Source of the DNA: Gammaproteobacteria bacterium
GTDB taxonomy: Bacteria > Pseudomonadota > Gammaproteobacteria > JAJDYQ01
Direction: 5' to 3'
NCBI GenBank assembly: GCA_028289815.1
Contig: JAPYNQ010000078.1
Span: 49,471 to 113,470 of the forward strand
DNA: 64,000 bases
The translations under genes were made by a program, and so were the position numbers. The stretch's first letter is position 1. The number at the start of each line of letters is the position of its first letter. Below the pieces are notes generated by a model that searched no databases, had not been told where the DNA came from, and saw nothing but the letters and a program-made list of their open reading frames with translations. Below are positions 52,038 through 60,595 of the stretch, piece by piece.

Positions 52038-53423
52038 ATGGAAGTAAAAGTTATGCAATCCGAACACACCAACTATCAACCTTGGGAGAGATATTTCGAC
52101 AATATCGTTACTCCGCTGGAGGAGTTTGTTCGCGGCGAAACGACCTCAGGGGTAATTTTAATGGCCTGCACCATTGTTGCTATGGTTATAGCCAACACCG
52201 TGCTTGCGCATCATTATGAGTATATTCTGCATACCGAAATTGCTTTTGTGTTCGGGCAGTGGGAGCTGCGTCATACTATTCATCATTGGATTAACGATGG
52301 CCTGATGGCACTGTTTTTCATGGTTGTCGGTCTGGAGATCAAAAGGGAGGTCATTGTTGGTCAGCTATCCGATCTCAGGGCCGCATTCCTGCCGATCATT
52401 GCTGCTGTCGGCGGCATGCTGGTGCCGGCTTTATTGTTTTATGGTCTTAACGCTGGCGGTAGCGGTGTTGATGGTTGGGGTGTTCCGGTGGCAACGGATA
52501 TTGCCTTTGCCGTTGGTGTCATGGCGCTGCTTGGGACGCGTGTACCGAAAACCGTAGTGACTTTTTTGCTTGCCGTTGCAATTGTTGATGATATTGGTGC
52601 CGTCATGATCATTGCGCTGTTTTACACCGAACAGGTTTATTTTAGCTGGTTGCTTACGGCGGGTATCGTGTTTGCCGCTCTGGTGATTCTTAATCGGGTC
52701 GGTATCCGCAGACCGCTGCCTTATTTTATCTTGGGAACTGTCATGTGGTTTGCCATGTTGGAGTCCGGGGTGCATGCCACACTTGCCGGTGTTCTGGTTG
52801 CCTTGACTATCCCGGTAAAGCCCAAGTTTAATACTGGGACATTTACCCGTCATGTCGGGGAAACGCTTGACAATATGAAAAGCAATATCACTGACTTTGA
52901 AAAGAGCAGTTACGATAAACAGCATAGCATAGTCCATGATAGGCAAACTCGTGCACTGTTGCAGTCACTTGAGAGTGGTGTACAGGCCGTGGAGTCGCCG
53001 CTTCAGCGGCTGGAACACGCTATGCATCTGCCGGTTGCGTTGTTGGTTATTCCATTGTTTGCTTTGGCTAATGCCGGTATTCCGATTGAGTGGGGTGCTT
53101 TGGGGCAGACAGTAACCCACCCGGTTGCGCTCGGTGTCATGGCTGGTCTGATATTCGGTAAGCTGATCGGGATTGCCGGTATTCCTTGGCTGACTATCAA
53201 GCTGGGTTTGGGTTCGTTGCCGGAAGGTATGAATCTCAGGCATCTTGTCGGTGTGGCTTTTATCGCAGGTATTGGTTTTACCATGTCGATTTTTATTGCC
53301 GAACTAAGTTTTGCGGGACAATCAGAAGAGCTGCTTATGGCTAAAACAGGTGTCCTGTTTGCCTCCATTATTGCGGGAAGCGCAGGCTATCTATGGCTGC
53401 GATTCATGACTCGACCGGCATGA
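52038..53423 (+). CDS. nhaA: Na+/H+ antiporter NhaA (with an extended internal loop)
   Basis: It matches NhaA along its length (WINDGLMALFFMVVGLEIKRE, ATDIAFAVGVMALLG, VDDIGAVMIIALFYT, GVHATLAGVLVAL, LPLFALANAGI). An insertion of about 55 aa is present relative to E. coli NhaA, between the IPVKPK and LQRLEH segments. Confidence 0.85.
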   Translation: MEVKVMQSEHTNYQPWERYFDNIVTPLEEFVRGETTSGVILMACTIVAMVIANTVLAHHYEYILHTEIAFVFGQWELRHTIHHWINDGLMALFFMVVGLEIKREVIVGQLSDLRAAFLPIIAAVGGMLVPALLFYGLNAGGSGVDGWGVPVATDIAFAVGVMALLGTRVPKTVVTFLLAVAIVDDIGAVMIIALFYTEQVYFSWLLTAGIVFAALVILNRVGIRRPLPYFILGTVMWFAMLESGVHATLAGVLVALTIPVKPKFNTGTFTRHVGETLDNMKSNITDFEKSSYDKQHSIVHDRQTRALLQSLESGVQAVESPLQRLEHAMHLPVALLVIPLFALANAGIPIEWGALGQTVTHPVALGVMAGLIFGKLIGIAGIPWLTIKLGLGSLPEGMNLRHLVGVAFIAGIGFTMSIFIAELSFAGQSEELLMAKTGVLFASIIAGSAGYLWLRFMTRPA

Positions 53424-53439
53424 GCAGGTTGTCGATTAG

Positions 53440-54501
53440 TTATACCCCGGACAGGGTTTCTAATACCCGATGCAAGGCCTGTCCTTCATCGGCCTGTTGC
53501 AACTCGTCGGTGTAGTCTGTGCGCATTTCATATAGTCTCCGGGCCGATTTCAACAGAGTTTTCGCATTCAGCTTTTCTTCTTGCAGGACCATACTGTAAC
53601 CGAGCCTCTCAAATGAGGCAGCATTGAGTATCTGATCTCCGCGGCTGGCCTTTCTGGACAGTGGAATAAGCAGATGTGGTTTGCGCAGTGCCAGCAGCTC
53701 GAACAGCATGGTTGCGCCTGCACGGGAAATGACCAGCATTGTTATGGCGAAAATGTGCTTCAGCTGATCGCCGACATAATCGTACTGGCGGTAGCCTTCA
53801 TAGGTCAGCAGGATATCCTGTTTATTGCCGGCACCGCAGATATGAACGATATTAAAGTCTTCCAGTAGTGCTGGTAGTGCCTGCCGCACGGCATGGTTAA
53901 TGGCTTGTGAGCCGAGGCTGCCTCCGATCACTAGAAGGACAGGTTTGTCCTGTGTGAAACCAAGTATTTCGCGCCCTTTGTCGGGGTCGCCTTGCAGCAG
54001 TTCTTCGCGCACGGGTATGCCTGTGTAAATGGCTTTTTTTGTGGGCAGATAGTCTGCTGTTTCTCTAAAGCTGTAGCATATTCTACGTGCGAAGGGCATT
54101 GAGAGTTTGTTCGCCAGACCAGGAGTCAGGTCAGATTCGTGGATGATTATCGGTACGCGGAACAGCCATGCGGCCCACACTACCGGTGTTGCGACAAAGC
54201 CACCCTTGCTGAATAACATATCCGGTCGGCGCCTGATCACCAAAAACAGCGCTTGGATAAATCCCAGCATGATACGAAATACATCGGCAAGGTTCTGCAG
54301 GCTGAAATAACGGCGGACTTTGCCAGCTGCAATAATGTGAAACGGCACTTCCATCGGTATGATTAAGCGATGTTCTATGCCTTTTGATGTACCGACATAC
54401 TCCACTCGATGTCCCTCTGCCAGCAGACGTGGGATGAGTGCGATATTCGGCGTGACATGGCCAGCGGTTCCTCCGCCTGTCAGCAGGATGAATTTACTCA
54501 T
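53440..54501 (-). CDS. MurG-like glycosyltransferase family 28 (UDP-GlcNAc transferase fold), outside a dcw cluster
   Basis: It has the N-terminal G-loop ILLTGGGTAGHVTPNIAL and a C-terminal GT-B domain, at 353 aa. No ftsW/murC neighbours are present. Confidence 0.75.
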   Translation of the reverse strand: MSKFILLTGGGTAGHVTPNIALIPRLLAEGHRVEYVGTSKGIEHRLIIPMEVPFHIIAAGKVRRYFSLQNLADVFRIMLGFIQALFLVIRRRPDMLFSKGGFVATPVVWAAWLFRVPIIIHESDLTPGLANKLSMPFARRICYSFRETADYLPTKKAIYTGIPVREELLQGDPDKGREILGFTQDKPVLLVIGGSLGSQAINHAVRQALPALLEDFNIVHICGAGNKQDILLTYEGYRQYDYVGDQLKHIFAITMLVISRAGATMLFELLALRKPHLLIPLSRKASRGDQILNAASFERLGYSMVLQEEKLNAKTLLKSARRLYEMRTDYTDELQQADEGQALHRVLETLSGV

Positions 54502-54662
54502 GGGTAACTCGCATTATTATTATGACGCTATCATGCAGTAGTGGCACTGGCAGCGCAATATGGCATCCGGCTGTGCCGTAGCCCTGACAGATGGTAAATA
54601 TTATTGTTGCGCTCCTTGATAGTAATGTTGCCAACAGGGCGCGGTTCTTATCCGTATAATGT

Positions 54663-55826
54663 ATGTGTATGAATCCCACTGACCGTCAGTTATCGGTTTT
54701 TTTTCTTTTGGTCGCAGTCATACTATCAAGTGTCTTTATCGCCAGATGGCTGCATCAGCCAGAAAGGTTATTCATCATCTCCGAACCGGGCAGCCAAAAT
54801 GTCGGTGGTGGAGCCTTTTTTCATGAGCAGTTCATCAGCTTTGGTAAAACTCCTGAGACTCATGCCTCTTCCATCGCCCGGCGAGCGGATGGCAAATTAA
54901 TCGCTGTCTGGTTTGCCGGCAGTGAGGAGGGTGCCGAGGATGTCGTCATCGCTGGCACGGTCATTGATCCGGTAAGCCGTACCATTAGTCCGTCACGTAT
55001 CCTGGCAACTGTTTCCGGTACCGGAACCGCCACTTGGCGATATATTCGAAAACTGGGTAATCCGGTCATACACAGTTTGCCCGATGGTCGTCTCATGATG
55101 GTCTATGTCAGCGTATCGTTTGGAGGATGGGCTGCCAGCAGCCTTAATATCCGTTTTTCCGATGATTTAGGGCAGACTTGGTCACCGCCCCGAAGGCTTG
55201 TTACGACACCATCGCTGAATATCAGTACCCTTGTTAGAGGAGTGCCGATTGATTTTGATAATGGTGATGTCGGTTTGCCCGTTTATCACGAATTTTTGGG
55301 AAAATTTGCAGAACTGCTCATCCTTGACCGCAACGGGATAGTTCGAGACAAGCATCGAATTTCCTGGGGACGGGAAACCATTCAACCTGCCATTGCTCCT
55401 CTGAGCGCGAGGCACGCGGTAACTATGTTACGCGACAGCAGCGAGGTCGATAGGCGTGTTAAAGCCAGTCGTAGCAATAATGCGGGACAGACCTGGTCGG
55501 TGCCATCGTCACTCTCTTTGCCCAATCCTAATTCAGCGGTTGCGTTGCATCGCATTGATGGACATCGGTTGGTGGCGATTTTCAATGATCATAGGGAAGA
55601 GCGCCATGATCTGTCCATGGCATACTCACCGGATGCCGGCAGGTCATGGAGGGTTTTTCATCGGCTTGAATATGAGCCGATTGCGAAAGAGAGGGTAGAG
55701 AGTACATTTTCCTACCCCAGTCTGATACGTGATCAACGGGGAGATTTTCATCTGACCTATACTTGGAAAAAACGGAGGATTAAGCATGTTCATTTCAATC
55801 TGGTGTGGCTGGAGCAGAAAATATGA
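54663..55826 (+). CDS. Membrane-anchored BNR/Asp-box (sialidase-fold) protein, candidate KdoH2-like Kdo hydrolase catalytic subunit
   Basis: It has an N-terminal TM helix and three Asp-box motifs (SDDLGQTWSPP, SNNAGQTWSVP, SPDAGRSWRV). Its TGA overlaps the ATG of the next gene (ATGA). Confidence 0.65.
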   Translation: MCMNPTDRQLSVFFLLVAVILSSVFIARWLHQPERLFIISEPGSQNVGGGAFFHEQFISFGKTPETHASSIARRADGKLIAVWFAGSEEGAEDVVIAGTVIDPVSRTISPSRILATVSGTGTATWRYIRKLGNPVIHSLPDGRLMMVYVSVSFGGWAASSLNIRFSDDLGQTWSPPRRLVTTPSLNISTLVRGVPIDFDNGDVGLPVYHEFLGKFAELLILDRNGIVRDKHRISWGRETIQPAIAPLSARHAVTMLRDSSEVDRRVKASRSNNAGQTWSVPSSLSLPNPNSAVALHRIDGHRLVAIFNDHREERHDLSMAYSPDAGRSWRVFHRLEYEPIAKERVESTFSYPSLIRDQRGDFHLTYTWKKRRIKHVHFNLVWLEQKI

Positions 55827-56428
55827 ATGCTTTAAATCACTACGCCGGTTTATTCGGTTGCCTGCTGCTGCTGATCGCTTTGCCGCTGGTGCATGTTCGC
55901 TGTCCACGATTTGATCGTAGGGTGGTTAGTATAACTATCTTTGCAATGCTGAGTTTTGCCGTGCTGCCCATTAATAGCCTTCCGGTTATTGCTTACGTGC
56001 GCGGAGTCACTGCCGACTTAAGCATCACCAGTGTGTTTCTGTTATCAATTTTTATTGCCGGGGCCTACACTGGCAATCGTTATTTTGCCCTGCCTGAAAA
56101 ACATCGGTTGCACAGGATACTGATGCTTGCCGGTTTGATACTATACCCTATGGCGCTCGGATTATCGCCGTGGGATAGCTATGGTATGGGATACGGCGGT
56201 GTGGGCTTTGCCCTGATATTGCCAGTACTGTTCGTCGGCTTAATCATCAGAAGAAGCTGGATGGTGTTGTTGGTGCTATCATGCTCAATTTTGGCGTACC
56301 TCGCCGGATTGCTTGAATCAACTAACCTATGGGATTATCTGATAGATATCTGGCTTTTCCTGTATGTTTCTGTTTCTGCAATATGGCGGTTACTCAGTAG
56401 GTTGTGTCGGAACAGATCCATGATTTAG
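55823..56428 (+). CDS. Polytopic inner-membrane protein, translationally coupled to the BNR protein (candidate KdoH1-like partner)
   Basis: 202 aa with about 5-6 TM helices and no recognisable catalytic motif. The ATGA overlap with the upstream gene suggests it is co-expressed in stoichiometric amounts. Confidence 0.5.
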   Translation: MNALNHYAGLFGCLLLLIALPLVHVRCPRFDRRVVSITIFAMLSFAVLPINSLPVIAYVRGVTADLSITSVFLLSIFIAGAYTGNRYFALPEKHRLHRILMLAGLILYPMALGLSPWDSYGMGYGGVGFALILPVLFVGLIIRRSWMVLLVLSCSILAYLAGLLESTNLWDYLIDIWLFLYVSVSAIWRLLSRLCRNRSMI

Positions 56429-56457
56429 CAGGCCGTTGGTTGCCGGGTGGGGATCAG

Positions 56458-56775
56458 TCACCCTTCGACAATGTGCCCGCAGTTCCAGCATTGTCCGTAA
56501 ACGCCGTCAATCTGTTCCCGGCACTGAGGGCACTTCCATGTTTTAAGGTTGCCGTCGCTGGTGGACAGTGCATGGCGTAATATGTCGTTGGCCCGTTCAT
56601 AGTCGCGCTCATTCACCCAGAGCTGTGGCAGAGAGTCTTCGTAGGGTATTTCTCCAAAAGCAGATGCCGAGTAGGTATTCCTGACCTGCGCTTTAATACC
56701 CTCCAGTTCCAGCAGAATGTGCAGATGATTGATCTCTATGGCATTTTCCCCTGTGTATAGCTTTTTTAAGGACAT
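56458..56775 (-). CDS. DUF2007-like small protein with C-terminal zinc ribbon
   Basis: 105 aa. The N-terminal region resembles DUF2007 (a putative signal-transducing, P-II-like fold). The C-terminus has CPQC...CWNC. Confidence 0.5.
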   Translation of the reverse strand: MSLKKLYTGENAIEINHLHILLELEGIKAQVRNTYSASAFGEIPYEDSLPQLWVNERDYERANDILRHALSTSDGNLKTWKCPQCREQIDGVYGQCWNCGHIVEG

Positions 56776-57060
56776 TCTGCACTCTGCTTCGTTTTAATCG
56801 GAACCTTCTTGGATTTTAGCCGGTTTGAGGGATTTTGCCATACCGACAGATTCGCCTGACTGACAGCGGTACGGTTGTTGTCGGGAGCGTTTTTTCTCCT
56901 GTTCTCGAAGTCCCCCGCGGTTACGGTGAGTCATCGCAAGCAATGGTGTAAAATCAGCGTTTTATGATGAACCTGTTTTTCCGCTATCGGTCAATAGAAG
57001 TTCCTTGGCCGGTGGCTGAGATTTGTCCAGACAAGTGAGAGACAAGGCAGAGCGAAAAAT

Positions 57061-58065
57061 ATGCACGATAATACGAACACACTGACATCTTCATATCCGG
57101 AAACAGAGCAACAGCTACGAATACAATCTCTGCAATCCCATGTTGAACAGCAGATTGTGGGTCAGGACCGGCTGGTAAGTCGCTTATTAATCGCACTGCT
57201 GGCCGACGGTCATCTGTTGGTGGAGGGTGCTCCCGGACTGGCCAAGACTCGCGCCGTCAAGGCTTTGAGTGAGGGGATAGAATGCGAGTTTCACCGTGTG
57301 CAGTTTACTCCCGACCTGCTGCCTGCTGATCTGACCGGTACAGATATCTACCGTCCGCAGGATGCCAGCTTCGTTTTCCAACAGGGGCCTTTGTTTAATA
57401 ATCTAATTTTGGCCGACGAAGTTAATCGGGCACCCGCCAAGGTGCAGTCAGCATTATTGGAAGCCATGGCCGAGCGCCAGATTACGGTCGGTAATACCTC
57501 CTATCCTTTGCCCGAATTGTTTATGGTTATGGCGACCCAAAATCCTATTGAGCAGGAGGGCACCTACCCATTACCGGAGGCCCAGTTGGATCGTTTTTTG
57601 TTGCATGTTTTCATTGATTATCCTGAACCACAGTATGAAAAGGAAATCTTGGAGCTCGCACGGCAGGATGTTAGGCAGAGAGGAGAGGCCGCACACGACG
57701 ATCAGCTTAGTCAAGCGGACTTGTTTACTGCCCGGAGCCAAATTATGGATATCCATATGGCCACTAATGTCGAGGAGTACTTACTACAATTGGTATTGGC
57801 TTCCCGCGCTCCTGGTCAATACAGCGAGCAGCTTGCGCAATGGGTGGAGTATGGTGCTAGTCCGCGTGCCTCAATTGCCCTAGACCGCTGCTCTAGGGCG
57901 CATGCCTGGCTGTCAGGCCGCGACTACGTTACCCCTGAAGATGTCCAATCAATGGTTTTTGATGTTATGCGTCATCGCCTGATTCTGAATTATGAGGCCG
58001 AAGCCGAAGGTGTTACTACCGACCGTTTTATTGCTGAATTAATCGCACAGGTTGCTGTTCCTTAG
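57061..58065 (+). CDS. MoxR-family AAA+ ATPase
   Basis: The motifs GHLLVEGAPGLAKT (Walker A), LLADEVNRAPAKVQSALLEAMAE and YPLPEAQLDRF are canonical MoxR/RavA-class motifs. Confidence 0.9.
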   Translation: MHDNTNTLTSSYPETEQQLRIQSLQSHVEQQIVGQDRLVSRLLIALLADGHLLVEGAPGLAKTRAVKALSEGIECEFHRVQFTPDLLPADLTGTDIYRPQDASFVFQQGPLFNNLILADEVNRAPAKVQSALLEAMAERQITVGNTSYPLPELFMVMATQNPIEQEGTYPLPEAQLDRFLLHVFIDYPEPQYEKEILELARQDVRQRGEAAHDDQLSQADLFTARSQIMDIHMATNVEEYLLQLVLASRAPGQYSEQLAQWVEYGASPRASIALDRCSRAHAWLSGRDYVTPEDVQSMVFDVMRHRLILNYEAEAEGVTTDRFIAELIAQVAVP

Positions 58066-58231
58066 CTCTGGTTGGCTGTCGAAGTTCGATTCACGCGGTG
58101 CGACATGGTGTCAAAAGTGTCTTCAAGAGGTTTATTTGCTTTGAGTAAACCACGCATTTTGGGCTATTTTCACCTATCCTCACGCTTGTCCGAGCGAGTT
58201 CCGGGATCCCGCTAGAGTTCTGTTCCGGTTT

Positions 58232-59161
58232 ATGTTTTCCGCCGACTACAATCCCGGTTGCGCAACACTGGCCGAACTCATCGCCATGAGTCGGCCTGCG
58301 CAGTTCCTGCAGCTCCGGTCAATACACATTGGTTCGCGGCTGACCGGCAATTATCTTTCCCGGATAAAAGGCAGGGGAATGGAATTCAATGAATCCCGTG
58401 TCTACCAGCCCGGAGACGATGTGCGCAATATTGATTGGCGGGTCACTGCGCGTACCGGGGTGGCGTATACCAAGATGTTTCGTGAGGAGCGTGAACGCCC
58501 TGTTTTTATCAGTGTGGATGGTCGTAGTGCCATGCGCTTTGCTACACAAGGCAGATTCAAATCAGTTATTGCTGCGGAGCTGGCCGCCCTGCTTGCATGG
58601 ACAGCTACCCAGCAGGGTGATCGTGTCGGTGGCGAGATATTTAGCGATACTGAGAATAGAGAATTTCGCCCTCGTCGCGGCAAGGAAAACGTTCTGCACA
58701 TGCTGCAGGCCTTTTCCCAGAACCCGAATCTGACGCCTATGGTTCCCGGCTCCCTGCAACCGGCGTTCGGCCGCCTGCATCGCCTTGTTCATCCTGGAAG
58801 CCTGGTGTGTGTCATCAGTGATTTCCACGGGCTTGATGAGGGTGCGCAAAAAGAAATGGTCAATGTTTCCCGTCATTCTGAAGTATTGCTGTTACATGTC
58901 TATGACTGCCTGGAGGCAAGTCTTCCACAGGCTGGTCGATACCGGTTAAGCTTGGGTAGCAGGAGCTTTGATATCAATACGGCCGATAGAGCCTATCGCT
59001 CTGCTTACCATCGGCAGTTTAGGCGGCGTGTAGATACCCTGCAGCGCATGTGTCGCAAAGGTCGCATGAAAAAAATTACTTGTCGCACCGATGAATCCCC
59101 GGTGGCCATACTCAGGGATGCCGTCGGCAAACAACATCGGTATTTTCGCAAGGCAGGCTGA
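58232..59161 (+). CDS. DUF58 domain protein (vWA-like partner of MoxR)
   Basis: GNYLSRIKGRGMEFNESRVYQPGDDVRNIDWRVTAR is the DUF58 signature. Confidence 0.85.
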   Translation: MFSADYNPGCATLAELIAMSRPAQFLQLRSIHIGSRLTGNYLSRIKGRGMEFNESRVYQPGDDVRNIDWRVTARTGVAYTKMFREERERPVFISVDGRSAMRFATQGRFKSVIAAELAALLAWTATQQGDRVGGEIFSDTENREFRPRRGKENVLHMLQAFSQNPNLTPMVPGSLQPAFGRLHRLVHPGSLVCVISDFHGLDEGAQKEMVNVSRHSEVLLLHVYDCLEASLPQAGRYRLSLGSRSFDINTADRAYRSAYHRQFRRRVDTLQRMCRKGRMKKITCRTDESPVAILRDAVGKQHRYFRKAG

Positions 59162-59163
59162 AA

Positions 59164-59646
59164 ATGGAACCTGTCCACGAGCTGCGTGATATACACCTGC
59201 CAGAGCCCATTGGCTGGTGGCCACCAGCGCTTGGCTGGTGGATAAGCGCGGGACTGCTGATCCTCGCTATCGGCCTGATACTGTTCTGGTTTGTCCGGCG
59301 ACATCGTCGGCTGTCAATACAGCGTCTGGCGCTTGCGGAGCTGGAGCGTATAGAGCATCATTATCGGGAGCACGCAGATAATGCCTGCTTTACAGAAGCC
59401 ATCTCGGCCTTGTTAAGGAGAGTCGCTATATCGGTGATGCCGCGCCACGTGGCAGCCGGTCTCACCGGACAAGAGTGGCTTATGCATCTTGATGAGCTCG
59501 CCGGAGAGCCATATTTTAATAATGATCTGGGCCAACGGCTTATTCATGCCGCTTACCGACCTGATCCGGATATTGATGTAGATGCGCTGCTGGAGGTCAG
59601 CAGGTGCTGGATTTTGCTGGTCAGCAGACGGGGTCGTCATGCTTGA
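59164..59646 (+). CDS. DUF4381 domain membrane protein
   Basis: It has an N-terminal TM (PPALGWWISAGLLILAIGLILFW) followed by a helical region. It sits between the DUF58 gene and batA, as is typical. Confidence 0.7.
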   Translation: MEPVHELRDIHLPEPIGWWPPALGWWISAGLLILAIGLILFWFVRRHRRLSIQRLALAELERIEHHYREHADNACFTEAISALLRRVAISVMPRHVAAGLTGQEWLMHLDELAGEPYFNNDLGQRLIHAAYRPDPDIDVDALLEVSRCWILLVSRRGRHA

Positions 59647-60595
59647 ATTTGAGTGGCCCTGGGTGTTTGTCCTGCTACCTTTACCTTGGTTAATCAGGCG
59701 TTTTACCCGTCCGGTCAACAGCGCACAGGCTGCTTTGCAGGTACCCTTTATAGATGATTTTGCCGGTCCCGGTCGGCTTGATGTGGAGCATGCTGCATTG
59801 CCGCGAACAAGGCTGATCGGCGGCATATTGATATGGCTTGCCCTGCTGACGGCGGCTGCCAGCCCCCGGTGGGTGGGCGAGCCCATTGAGCTCCCGATTA
59901 AAGGCCGGGATATCATGCTGGCGGTTGATCTGTCGGGCAGCATGGAAAGGCGTGATTTCACTCTGGAGGGTAAACGAGTAAATCGGCTGATGGCAACCAA
60001 GGTGGTGGCTGCAAATTTTATTCAGCAGAGAGTTGGTGACCGGATTGGTTTGATACTATTCGGTTCGCGTGCTTACCTGCAGACCCCGCTGACCTTTGAC
60101 CGTCAGACGGTTATCACGTTGCTGCGTGAGGCGGTGACCCGAATAGCAGGCAATGATACGGCTATTGGTGATGCCATCGGTCAGGCAGTCAAGCATCTGG
60201 GAGACAAGCAGGGCGATCGCATACTGATCCTGCTCAGTGACGGCGAAAATACAGCCGGTAAAATTGACCCGATCAAAGCGGCGGATATAGCGGCACAGGA
60301 CGGGCTTAAAATTTATACTATTGGTATTGGTGCCGGTGGCAGGCGCTTCGGTGTCGATGAGAAGACACTGACACAGATTGCACAGCAGACCGGTGGGCGA
60401 TACTTCTATGCTGGCAATACGCAGGAACTTAAGCAAATCTACGCTATTATAGACAGGCTGGAACCTGTGGAAAGCGATAACAGGACCTATCGACCGGTTA
60501 AGGCATTATTCTACTGGCCACTGGCATTGTCGCTGATACTGAGTCTGATACTGATGGTGGTTCCTCCATGGACCGGAGTTACGCATGAATATTGA
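59639..60595 (+). CDS. batA: vWA domain protein BatA (aerotolerance-type)
   Basis: Two N-terminal TM helices are followed by a vWA MIDAS (MLAVDLSGSM ... LLSDGENT) and a C-terminal TM. The start overlaps the stop of the DUF4381 gene. Confidence 0.85.
   Translation: MLEFEWPWVFVLLPLPWLIRRFTRPVNSAQAALQVPFIDDFAGPGRLDVEHAALPRTRLIGGILIWLALLTAAASPRWVGEPIELPIKGRDIMLAVDLSGSMERRDFTLEGKRVNRLMATKVVAANFIQQRVGDRIGLILFGSRAYLQTPLTFDRQTVITLLREAVTRIAGNDTAIGDAIGQAVKHLGDKQGDRILILLSDGENTAGKIDPIKAADIAAQDGLKIYTIGIGAGGRRFGVDEKTLTQIAQQTGGRYFYAGNTQELKQIYAIIDRLEPVESDNRTYRPVKALFYWPLALSLILSLILMVVPPWTGVTHEY

Noticed and set aside
52431-52946. 171-aa minus-strand ORF antisense to nhaA
   Set aside because: It is an antisense artefact with a basic, low-complexity translation.
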